Positions 52,611 to 63,937 of a DNA stretch of 64,000 nt are shown piece after piece. Within the stretch, counting starts at the first letter, position 1; each line of letters opens with the position of its first letter. The position numbers were made by a program, and so were the translations under genes. Origin of the DNA: Isurus oxyrinchus (lineage: Eukaryota); the NCBI GenBank assembly GCA_026770705.1, contig JANJGN010000159.1, positions 992,001-1,056,000 on the forward strand, in the 5' to 3' direction. Below the pieces are notes generated by a model, which was given only the letters and a program-made list of their open reading frames with translations, ran no database searches and had not been told where the DNA came from.

Positions 52611-53684
52611 TCTGTGTACCCTCGGTGACTGACCCTTCTGTGACTGGAAGCAGACTGTCTTGTACAGTTGACACAAATCAATTTTTTAGAACAATATTAC
52701 TGATGAATTTGAAAATAACTCTCCGCAGCATTATTGACTGATTAATTCCTGAAACACTCCCTTGAGATTTTATTGATCATTTTCAGTGAAAGAACTTTTC
52801 ATCAACGATCCAGGGACAGGGTGGAAGGCCGAGCCGCACAATCATCATAATTGGGGTGTTTGTCATAAGTGTTTTGTTACGTCAGTGATTTTTATTCTTC
52901 TACTGATTCTGGGAAAGGCTGTTCTCTAACAAGAAACCGTTTGCCTGCATTGCTGTTGTCCAGTCTCGACTTTCAACATTTGATGGCTTTGACTGAAGAG
53001 CTGAGTTTATTATAATATGATTAGAGTTTTACAGTCAGGTGGAGAGAATGCTTAAAGCATTCTGGTTCATTCAGAACATCTTTGTGATTATTCCTGACTT
53101 CCAGCCAATGCTCGTATGAAACTCCTTGTTCGTTTAGGTTGACTGATTTTCCAGCTTTCACTTGCTTTCACCCCCATTTAGCCAAGAATAGGCCTTCTTG
53201 TATTTATAGAACATTTACACCAGAGCAGACTGAATTTCACCTTATTAGCCTGAATAGGATTTAACCTTCATTCCCCCCACACATATCCCACTTGAGTGTT
53301 TCCTGCTTGCACCAGAATGTGAAGTTAATCTTACATTCAACAATATTTTCTTCCAAACCCATATGGATGCACTTGTACATTAATAAATGATGGGCACACG
53401 GGTGAAAAGTGAAAGTAAAAGATACTCAAACATTGAAATCATGAAACAAGCAATTTTACCCTTAAAGCAACAATTGTTATGGAGATCAGGAAAGATGTAA
53501 GAAGTCTATATCCTTGTCAGAAACAGGGATGTACTCCTCCATTAACAAATTGAAAATTTGAACATATTTATTTGGCAATATTTTGCACAGATTTTTCAAG
53601 AATTTTATAATTAACGAACATCCCTCCTTGATTAATATATACTACGACCATAGATTTCTTATATGCAGGATCACAGTATTTTTT

Positions 53685-54325
53685 ATTCATTCATGGGATG
53701 TGGGCATGTGGTGAGCTGCCTACTTGAACCACTGCGGTCCATGTGGTGTAGGTACACCCACAGTGCTGTTAGGAAGGGAGTTCCAGAATTTTGACCCATT
53801 GACAGTGAAGGAACGGTGATATAATTCCAGGTCAGTGTAGTGTGTGTCTTGGAGGGGAACTTGCAGGTGGTGGTTACTACTGCCTACTGCCCTTCTAGAT
53901 AATAGAGGTCATGGTTTTGGAAGGTGCTGTCGAAGGAGCCTTGGTGAGTCACTGCAGTGCATTTTATAGATGGTACACTCTGTGCATCAGTGGTGGAGGG
54001 AGTGAATGTTGAAGGTGCCAATCAAGCAGTCTGCTTTGTCCTGAATGGTGTCAAGCTTCTTGAGTGTTGTGGGAGCTGCATTCATCCAGGCAAGTGGGGA
54101 GTATTCAATCACACTCCTGATTTGTGCTTGTAGATGGTGGACAGGCTTTGGGGTGTCAGGAGGTGAGTTACTCTCCACAGAATTCCCAGGGCAGAATTTT
54201 ACGGCAGTGGGATTTTACGTTCCTGCTGAAGTCAATGGGGTTTAGAATGTCTCGTTGCATTTTACAGTTCTGTCCCCGCTGAAACGGGCTGGAAAATTCT
54301 GCCCCCAGTCTCTGACCTGCTCTTG
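53685..54325 (-). mobile_element. LINE family B fragment containing MITE 54189-54304
   Basis: QIRSVIEYSPLAWMNAAPTTLKKLDTIQDKA. Confidence 0.85.
54189..54304. mobile_element. Short Harbinger-type MITE (116 bp) inside a LINE fragment
   Basis: TIRs gggcagaatttt and aaaattctgccc. TSD CCA at 54186-54188 and 54305-54307. Host LINE rejoins (agaattc-cca-gtctctgacc). Confidence 0.85.
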
Positions 54326-54456
54326 CAATCATTAGTTCTCTGTGTTATGTTGTATGTTTCCAAAATGTTTGTTGCTATGAGTAACTTTGTACAAAACCAA
54401 TCATTACAATATGGAAAATTCAATTTGAAAATGCTCTGATTCCTTTCTGCTTATAG

Positions 54457-54543
54457 GTGCCCCCGACAGCTATGGTGAATGGTACTGGTGTGAGAAATGG
54501 ATCAGGAAGGATAGATGCATTGAAAAGTGAGACATTCTTATAA
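54457..54543 (+). CDS. Putative terminal coding exon of the same host gene: VPPTAMVNGTGVRNGSGRIDALKSETFL*
   Basis: Branch-like ctctgat, then tcctttctgcttatAG acceptor (54455-54456). Phase 0 matches the donor at 7276. Stop TAA at 54541-54543. The C-terminus E-T-F-L fits a class I PDZ ligand. Confidence 0.55.
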   Translation: MPPTAMVNGTGVRNGSGRIDALKSETFL

Positions 54544-54569
54544 CATTCTGTCTGTTTACATCTACCAGT

Positions 54570-54736
54570 ATTAAAATTTATTGTTTACACTGTTCTACGC
54601 TGTGTAATTGAAAACAGGTTTGTGAATTGTGTTCATTAAGGTGAGTAACATCAGTGCTGGGGAATAGATAACTTCGAAATCTAAATCTGGTTTCTCCTTT
54701 GAAGTATTCCATTTTGGAGTGGATTTGGGAAATAAA
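54570..54736 (+). terminator. Candidate polyadenylation signals of the host gene (ATTAAA 54570, AATAAA 54731)
   Basis: Hexamers lie in AT-rich unique sequence just downstream of the putative stop. Such hexamers are common by chance. Confidence 0.3.
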
Positions 54737-54984
54737 AAATATTCTCAGGAACTACCGCCTCAAAAAATTGGAACCTGAATTGTCCTCACAGAATAAGCAG
54801 TAGCAACAAATCACACTTCCACAGTTTCTTTGACATCGACATAGTCTCAACCCTCAAGTTTATGCTTGAGGGGCATAAACAGATGAAAATAGATGCCAAA
54901 CCAAAAGAGGATGATCAAATGCTTGGTGAAAGAGGTAGGTTTTAAGGAGGGTGTTAAAGTAAAAAAGGGAGGTGGAGAGTCACA

Positions 54985-55490
54985 ATCACAGTCTCAGTCG
55001 CAAACTCGGTCCTCTTGCCACCAATTTCATTCCCCTCCTTGGCAATTGTATTAGGTTGAACCAGACTGTTTGCAATCACGGTGTCATATTTAACCCCAAG
55101 ATGAGTTTCCAACCACATACCCTTGTTGTCACTAAGACGACCTATTTCCACCTCCTTAACATTGCCCGACTCAACACTCTATGGCTGGACTCCCACATTC
55201 TTTCTTCACTAAAGCTTTTGCTGCCCATTTCTTAACTTGCTCAAGTCCTATTCGCCCATCACCCCTGTGCTCACTGACCCACATTGGCTCCTGGTTAAAC
55301 AAAGCCTCCATTTTAAAATTCTCATCCTTGTTTTCAAAACCCTCCATGGCTCCACCCCTCCCTACCTCTGTGAGCTCCTCTAGCCCCTCAACCCTCCGAG
55401 ATATCTCTGCTCCTCTAACTCTGGCCTCTCCTGCATTCCCTGATTTTAATTGCTCTACCATTGGCAACCGTGCCATCAGTGCTCTGGCTC
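54985..55490 (+). mobile_element. L2-type LINE fragment
   Basis: RLNQTVCNHGVIFNPKMSFQPH...KTTYFHLLNIARL, followed by the DNA motif cccatcacccctgtgctcactgacc typical of the L2 C-terminal region. Confidence 0.8.
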
Positions 55491-57590
55491 CACAAAAATA
55501 CTGCTCACTGAGGCCCAAAACCTTTCTCTCTCCCAACACCGCCCCCCACCCACCCTAACCACCTTTCCACCACCACCCCCCCCCCCCCCCTGCTGCCGAT
55601 ACACAGAAGCTACAAGTGGGCTCATTGGGAATCATCGTTCTGGTGCCCCAGAAGACAAACTGAGCTGTTCCTAGTTGGCGCAATAGGCAGTAAGCATTTG
55701 CTTTTGCCTGCTAAGGTAAACATTACAGGCTCCGGACTTCGAGAGATCCAACCATTCTGCACTTTTGTTGCATAGATACTCACTTCTCAGCATCATGTTC
55801 TCACGGAAGCAAAACTTACAAAGGCACTGCAGGGTTCCATTATGCAGTGTTTGATTATGTGAGTCTGGTAACTGATCTATGCTCACTGTGCTTGATTGGT
55901 TAAGTCTGGCTGTGGACTCAGAGCAAAGTAAACAGGCACCACAGAAGCTGCTAGATGCTGGGCTGTGAGCATGAGTCCAGATATCTTGTGATTGCAGAGA
56001 TATTTTAAAACTTTTGTAAATAAACCTGTTGCACACTGAGAAAGTATTGCCATCTTTGCATTGTTCTGAGAAGTATAAAATATATATAGCAAACTGGGGT
56101 GAAACAGAACAGGCAGCCTGCATGGCAGGCCGGGAAATGAGTTTGCGCTGAGGAAGGCTGATGTGGAACAGCTGCAGGAGTCTGGAAATGTTGCTTTTAG
56201 TAGAAGAAGGGAAGCTCAGAACTATCAGAAATGCACTACTCATTAGAAGACCCTTTCAGTTTATAGGGTCACTGCTATGTACCTCCATCTATAAGCTCCT
56301 TTGCTTATTTTCTTCTGAGTTTATCCCATGCCTGGAGTAAAACAAATGTCAGAACAATGATTTGGATGCTCCCTGCTCATTTGTCATGATCCACATATCG
56401 AGATTGTATTCTGGTTGACATTTCAAGTTGGACTATCCATGTCTCTTGTTTACAAAGAAGCTGCAAGGAGACAGGATACAGGTGGGAATCCCATGGGGTC
56501 TAATTTCAGGGATAGAATGGGCGTTCTGCCTCAATCAGGAGACCTGCGGCTAGCCTAAAATTGGGCCCTGTCAAGTTGTTGCACTAGTAGAAGAATGGAA
56601 AGGGGTTGATTGTGGGCTGGTAGTTGGCCTGCAGGAGTGGTGTGGAGAAGGGAGAGGCAGCTCTCATGCTCTTACTAGCTCCACATTGTATCTTTTATTC
56701 AAAAATGCAACTCAATTCTTGGTGGTGGCTGCCTGCTGGAGCACATTCAGGTCTGGAAAGCCAGAGAAAAACAGACCTGAAGCTTAAGGGCAGCCCAATT
56801 TCCCTGAGACCCTAAAACAACTGATCGGCCCCTCATTAGCATATGCTAGGGGCCCTAATGCTTGTTTTAAGTGATCGCCTCAGATACTTTAAAGATAGCC
56901 CAGTCCAATAGTGGGTCTGATGTCTTTCAATAACATAGGAACAGGATGAGGCCATTCAGCCCCTTGCACCTGTTCTGCCATTCAATGAGATCATTGCTGA
57001 TTTGCACCTTAACTCTGTTCCCCATTTTGCTCGCATTTATTGTTTTTTTGTGGTCAGGACACATTTTCCACACTTTGCATGAAGAATACTTCCATCCAGT
57101 GCAGGACTTTGGTGCTGAAATTGGCACTTACTGTAGTTGTTTTATGCCCTTAAACGGGCTCATAATGGTCCAACTAATACCCCCATATGTTTTGTTGAGG
57201 ATTCAAGACCCTCCAGAAGATAAAGACATAGAAACAAAGAAATGGAAACAGAAAATTCTCGTAATTGAGTAGGTCAGTCAGCATTTGGAAAGCAAGAAAT
57301 CCTAGAAATGTGTTGGACAGAGATCCTTCAAAGGATGCAACAGAAAATGTCACAGCAGCCAGATCCTTTGCTAACTTTCCACCCAAGTCCCACAGTTCAT
57401 TGGGAAATGACACAATGTCATTAACAGAAATTGTAATGGGGAGAAAAAAGCATTATGTTTAGTCATTTAAGTAAATTCCTTGACTGTTTTTTGCACATAT
57501 TTACCCAGCTCCCTCCTGCTAAATGCCCGTGTAAAGTGTTTCTCTACTTCTATATTTCTAGTTAAAAGTTCAAGCTATTTTGAAAATATG

Positions 57591-57771
57591 AGGGGCTAGA
57601 AATTCATCAGCAGCGCAGGATGGACAGTATTGCACCAGCTACCCATTATACATAGTGTTTGGCTTTTAATTATATTAATGGCAGTGGAATTGAATCTCAG
57701 ATGCTACATAGAGTGGGCAGTCAGTATCGTACTGCTGATCCTGCCTCGCTGCCTATTATGCATCTCTATCT
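57591..57771. mobile_element. Degenerate fold-back (palindromic) MITE
   Basis: Left arm ctagaaattcatcagcagcgcaggatggacagtattgcaccagctacccattatacatag is an imperfect reverse complement of right arm ctacatagagtgggcagtcagtatcgtactgctgatcctgcctcgctgcctattatgcatctctat. Confidence 0.55.
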
Positions 57772-58654
57772 TGAAAATTTATATCTGTAACCCATTGCGT
57801 TAGTGCAGCGAAAAATTAAAGGTGGCTACCTAAATGTTGAAACCTAGTAACTCACACAAAATGTTCACCTGATAATATTTTCTTAAACCAGGAGCAACAC
57901 TTAGTAATGTAGCAAGGTTCACAGTGGGTGTCAGCAATTGCCTGCAGTCATTTTCTTTTATTAGCACAGAATCCATTTTGCAGAGTCACCGGTGAATTGA
58001 ATTACATTTGTTCCTTTACCCTTTAGCATGTACTTTTCAGTGTTGTGGCCGAAAGGTATGACAGATCCATTAGAAATCAGTTAAATATTGTTAGGCCACA
58101 AGGCTGAATAATATAATTGAAACGCCCTCCTGAACAACTGCTGAAAGTAGCAACATACATCTTCCATTGTTTTCTCATTACTCGTGGCTACAGTCTCAAA
58201 GTTATTAACCTTTTCAATTGTGTACCATCCATTTTGGGATAGAATTGTTATCTGCTGGAGAGGTCACAGATAGATTTTTGTCTGCATAAGATAAATTTGT
58301 TTTTCTCTGGATGTTTGTGTTCATAAAAACATAAGAGATAGGAGCAGGAATTGACCATTCAGCCGCTCGAACCTGCTCCCCCATTCAATAATGCCGTGGC
58401 TGATCTTCCACATTAATTCCACTCTCTCAGCCGTACCCCTTAATTCCCTTTACTGCCAAAGCTTTATTATCTCTGTCTTGAATATACTCAATGACTGAGC
58501 ATCCACAGCTCTCTGGGCTAGAGAATTTCATAGATTGATAACCCTTTGAGTGATCACATTTCTCTTCATCTCAGTCCTATGGTCGGCTTTTCAGCTTTGT
58601 AGATACAGAGCATCAACTGGGTAGGGAAAAACCTCAAGGAAAACACTAAAGGGA

Positions 58655-60190
58655 TAGGATATTAAAGGAAACAGCTGCAGAGATAGTGGATGCACTGATA
58701 GTAATCTTCCAAGAATCATTAGATTCTGGAAAAGTCCCAGAGGATTGGAAAATTGCAAATGTAACACTCTTATTCAAAAAGGGGTGGAGACAAAAACAGC
58801 TAACTATAGGCCAGTTATTGGGAAAATGTTAGAGTCCAATATAAAGGATGTAATAGCAGAGTATTTAGAAATCCATAATATAATCAAACAGAGTCAGCAT
58901 GGCTTCATGAAGGGGAAATCATGCCTAACAAATTTTTAGAATTCTTTGAGGAGGTAACAAGCAGGATAGATACAGGGGAATCAGTAGATGTAACATATTA
59001 GGATTTCCAAAAGGCGTTCGATAAGGTACCACACATAAGGCTACTTAATAAGCTAAGACCCGATGGTGTTGGGGGCAGTATATTAGCATGGATAGAGGAC
59101 TGGCTAACTAATAGATGACAGAGAGTTGGGATAAGGGGGGGCATTTTCAGGATAGAAAACTGTAATTAGTGGAGTGCCATAGGGATCAGTGCTGCGGCCA
59201 CAATTATTTACAATATATATTAATAACTTGGATGAGGGAAATGAATGTACTATCACCAAGTTTGTGGATGACACAAAAATAGGTGGGAGGACAGGTGGTG
59301 AGGTTGACACATAGAGTCGACAAAGGGATAAAGACAGATTAAGTAAGTGGGCAAAAACTTGGCAGATGGAATATAATGTGGGAAAATGTGAGGTTATGCA
59401 CTTTGGCAGGAAAAATAGAGGAGCTGAATATTACTTAAGTAGAGAAAGATTGAAGAGAGCTGCAGCACAGAGGGATTTGGAGGTCCTCAAGCATGAATCC
59501 CAAAAAACTAGCATACAAGTTCAGCAGGTAATAGGGAAGGCAAATGGAATGTTGTCCTTTATGTCAAAGGGAATGGAGTATAAAAATAGGGAAGACTTGC
59601 TAAAACTATACAGGGCACTAATTAGACCACACCTAGAATACTGTGAAAAATTTTGGTCCCCTTATCTAAGGAAAGATATACTGGCATATAGAGGCAGTCC
59701 AGAGAAGGTTCAGAAGGTTGATCCCGGGTATGGAGGGATTTTCTTATGAGGAGAGGTTGAGTAGGTTGGGTCTGTACTCATTGCAGTTTAGAAGAATGAG
59801 AGGCAACCTTATTGAAACATATAAAATTCCTATGGGGCAAGACAGGGTAGAGAGGTTGTTTCCCCCTGTGGAGAGTCTAGGACCAGAGGGCATAATCTCA
59901 GAGTAAGGGGGCACCCATTTAAAACAGAGATGAGGAGGAATTTCTTCTCTCAGAGGGTAACGAATCTGTGGAATTCTTTACCACAGAGGACTGTAGAGGT
60001 TGGATTGTTAAGTGTATTCAAGGTTGAAATAGACAGAGTTTTAATCAGTAAGGGAATCAAGGGTTATGGGGAAAATGCAGGAAAGTGGAGTTGAGAATTA
60101 TCAGATCAGCCATGATCTCATGGAATGACAGAGCAGACTCAATGGGCTGAATGGCCTAGTTCCGTTCCTCCGTCTTACGTTCTCATGGTC
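58655..60190 (+). mobile_element. CR1 LINE, 5'-truncated, decayed ORF2
   Basis: SQHGFMKGKSCLTNF, DFQKAFDKVPH, KFVDDTK, MEYNVGKCEVMHFG, RPHLEYC, RMRGNLIETYKI, followed by a typical 3' UTR. Confidence 0.95.
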
Positions 60191-61036
60191 TAAGAGCTGC
60201 ATGATTGTAATACCGTTGAGTTAACACAATGTGGCAGAGGTATGCGCTCTTCACTTGTTCTGAGACTGAGACCCCTGGTTCTAGACTCTCCAGCCAGAGG
60301 AAAGAGACTTTCAGCACCTACCTTATCAAGCCCTCTAAAGGATTTTTACACATTTCATTGAGATCACCTCTCAATCTTCTAACCTCTAGCCCTAAAAACT
60401 ATAGCCTTTATATATAAGTGTTAGTCTAACTCTGTAATGTAGATATTTGTAAATGGTTATCTTGCTGTGATGAAGAATTTTTGGGAGAACGTTTAAATGC
60501 CTTCCAGAATTTACAAGGGCTTTAATGGGTTAGAATGAGCTCATGAATGACTGGATCATGGAACGGCTTATTTACAACCTTCAGAGAAATAACCCATGTC
60601 AGTTTTTGATGTGAAAGTAACCTACTTAAATATTCTTTTATAAAGCAAATTACAATAATCTCTCACGAAAAAGCTCAGTCGCACATTATAGGACAGAACT
60701 CTCGTTAGTGATTTACTATGCAAAGCACTTAATGTGTTTGACCCAAATTTTTCTCTACTTCAAATGGACATGCTAACCTATTTCTTTTTAACAGGTTTTT
60801 ATATGTTAAAACACCAAAGTGAGGAATTAGGCACCGACTTGTTAAGTGTTTGTAATGCAATCATTTTTACTGTTAGTACCCAAAAATCTATTGACCTCTG
60901 TCTTGAATATACTCAACTTAACATCCAGAGCTCTCTGGGCTAGGGAATTCCATACATTCAAACCCCCTGAGTGGAGACGTTTCTCCTCATCTCAGTCCTA
61001 AATGGCTGACCCTCTTTCTAAAAAATGTGACACAGT

Positions 61037-62417
61037 GGGCGGAATTGTCCCAGATTTGCCCAAAGTGCGGGAGTGGGCGGGGAAAAAAGTCATTTTACCT
61101 GCCAGCTGCAATGGCGAGTTTTTGTGCCATATCATCCCAACCCCGCCTCATTATTCATGTATTCCCAGGAAACACGCCGTTTTGATGCCGGGCAGCCTCC
61201 GATTTGCCCATCACACTCCATTACCAGAATTACCTGGAAAAACTCAGCAGGTCTGGCAGCATCGGCATCCGCAGTTCTCTTTGTTTTTAACTCCATTACC
61301 TCACTGCTTCCTCATGCAGGGCACCACATTTAAACTGCAGCTGCGCACACACTTCTCAATGCTTGCAGCCCAGGACTGCTCTGATGAAGATATGGCCCCA
61401 AAAGCCAAGAAGAGTGCAGCTCCCTGATTCAGTGATGTATCCCTGGGGACCCCTTCTGAACAGGTGGAGGCCCGCCATTTTGTCCTCTACCCCCAGCTTT
61501 GGCCGCAGGAGGCACATCAGTCTCACCACTCCGGCTTGGGAGATGGTGGCAGAGGCGGTCAGTGCCAACGCTGCACAAAAGAGGTTGGCCATCTAGTTCA
61601 GAAAATGGATGAATGATCTCACCCATGCCGCCAGGGTAAGGCAACCATCTCATCACTCTAAACTCACACACTCACAAGCCCATCACACATTCACTGGCAC
61701 CTCACTCACTGCCAGCTCAAAGGACATCAGCACTCACTCTCTCAAACACACCCTAACGTTTCCATCTGGCCTCATCTCCTCTGGAGACTGCCTCCTCAGC
61801 CCTCGCCACCCTGAGGCCACTTGCACAGATCATCATGTGTCTCCCCACACGCACATCCTGGGATTCCCACCTCTCCCAGTACAGCCCTCACCCTGCAGCC
61901 TCTTCCCATGTCTGAGGCCACTTCTCCCCCTTCCTCAAGCAAGCCCTAGCCCTGCAGCCATTGAAAAGCCACCACTGCCTTACAGTTTGTCTGGCAGGTA
62001 GAGACCTGCCCGTGAGCAGCCCTAAAAGTGATGTGGTGCTGCCTGCGAAGCCTGGGGCTAATGACTGCGAGTGAGGCCTGAAGCAAGATAGGTAAACAAA
62101 CCTCGACGTCCTGAGTGAAGTGCAGCTCGCCAGGTGCACGTCGCTTATGTTCAGTCGTGAAACATAACACGCCAACGTGCCTGGATGATCCAGCGTGAGG
62201 GGGCATGATTCCAGTGAGCAGGGCTTATAATGAGATGCTAAAGCGTTGAAATTAGGTTCCTGACTTGCAGTGCCGGGAAATGTGGCCCACCATTGATGGA
62301 TGGAGCTGACGATTGCAAACTGGTTTCACGATGGCGTAAAACCGGTTTTTGGCCGTCTCGCCACATTGTCACTCATCTGCCCACGATGACACCCAACTGG
62401 GCTGGAAAATTCTGGCC
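61037..62417 (+). mobile_element. Second Myb-only Harbinger element, internally deleted, inserted into a CR1 3' fragment
   Basis: TIRs gggcggaattgtcc and ggaaaattctggcc, TSD AGT at 61034-61036 and 62418-62420. Both subterminal regions align with the 2493-5945 element in opposite orientation. The flanks rejoin into CR1 sequence (gtgacac-agt-gttctag). Confidence 0.85.
61392..61635 (+). pseudogene. Decayed Myb/SANT-like exon 1 of the second Harbinger element
   Basis: MAPKAKKSAAP*FSDVSL...AWEMVAEAVSANAAQKRLAI*FRKWMNDLTHAAR followed by GTaagg donor. Homologous to 5702-5469. Confidence 0.8.
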
Positions 62418-62927
62418 AGTGTTCTAGGTCTAGCCGGGGGAAACATTTTGGCAGCATCTACTCTGTCAAGCTCCTGTAGAATTTTATATGTTTCAGTGGA
62501 ATCATCTCTCACTCTTCTTAAATCCAGGGAATATAGGCCCAGCCTACTCCTCATCTCTCCTCATAGGACAATCCCCTATCCCAGGAACCAACCTGGTGAA
62601 CTTTTGTTGCACTTCCTCTAGGGCAGGTTTGACCTTCCTTTGGGGAGGAGACCAAAGCTGCACACACTACTCCAGATGTGGTCTTACCAATGCTCTTTAC
62701 AAGTCCTTAAAGGTGCTGTAAAGACCCTTTACCTGGTCTAAAAGTTCTTGTCTCTACTTGATAGCAAAGGCACACAACCGCTTGGATGTTGTTCCACTAT
62801 ATGTGGTACACCTTTATTAATACCACTAAGCAATACTAAGTACTTGTTTGACTGGTGCAGACTCGATGGGCCGACGGGCCTTTTTCTGTGCTGTAAACCT
62901 CTATGACTCTATGACTCTGCATACTCA

Positions 62928-63074
62928 CAACATCTGTGGAGAAAAAGAAGGGTCCTATGAACTCGAAACCTTAACTCTGTCTTTCTCTCCATAGATGCTA
63001 TCAGACCTGCTGAATTTTTCCAGCACTTTTTGTTTTTGTTTCAGATTTCCAGCATCTGCAGTAGTTTGCCTTTA
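62928..63074 (+). mobile_element. Penelope pLTR with short inverted 5' piece
   Basis: 12-bp TSD tctgcatactca (62916-62927) and tctacatactca (63075-63086). Contains the pLTR motif gatgctatcagacctgctgaatttttccagc. Confidence 0.75.
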
Positions 63075-63937
63075 TCTACATACTCAATACTGCGAGCTGG
63101 AGTTCGTCTCGGTGGTCAATCTGTCGACGAGGTCTCTGTGCACAACTTTGGAGGAACTGACCAAATCGCTCTAACCCTCTGCAGCAATGAAGTCTTTGTG
63201 TGCTCTTTCTTTATACTGTTTTTGGCTCTGGCCTTGTGCCATATAAGGTAATACCTGTTCTTAGCCCATTCAATTGGTTTTCAATTACACTGGTGTCTTT
63301 TCCTTTGTCTTTATGTCCTGGGCCTCTCACAAGGCGATCCTTGAAGAATAGGGGCCAGCCTGACTCCGCTTTGTTATCTCGTGCACTGTTATCAAACCCC
63401 AGGCCAGTGCAGACAGACATGTTTACTACCTCTAACGAGCACAAAAGGGGTCTATATTTCTCACAGTTTGAGGCCAGTTCTCCTGCACAGTTTAATTCAT
63501 TTTGCAGACCTTGCTAATTCTGGCAAGGCTGTGTCTTGAATAAATTACCCATCCTGCCTTGTGCCCACAATGCAGTTCTTCATGTGTCTTCAGTCAGGGT
63601 GCTGCTTCTCTTCCATGTCCCATGTTACTCCCATGAGACAAACTCTGCACACACAGGGCCACCAAGCTGCCGGTCTATATTCATTAATATAAAGGGATAA
63701 TGAAATAGTTACAAGGTTAAAAAGTGATTAATGCATTAAAAGAAAGTAAATAATACATTGGCTTACAGCACAGATTCCCTGGCTTGGACCATAAGCGAGA
63801 CCTTGGTGCTGCTCAGGCCCATCCACTAATGGATGAGGGAACATAAATGAATTTTGTTAATAGCTAAGAAATTCACTTTTTCATGATGTATGTTTCAAAT
63901 CTGCATCCTGAATATACAATGGAATAACTGGTAAATT

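Larger units (their letters stand above)
60880..62700 (-). mobile_element. CR1 3' fragment split by Harbinger 61037-62417
   Basis: RLGLYSLDLRRVRDDSTETYKILQELDRVD at about 62450-62554. Continues at 60880-61033. Confidence 0.8.

Noticed and set aside
63090-63690. Coding-like minus-strand stretch (ORF 63211-63444)
   Set aside because: Interrupted by several stops, no recognisable family, not distinguishable from chance.
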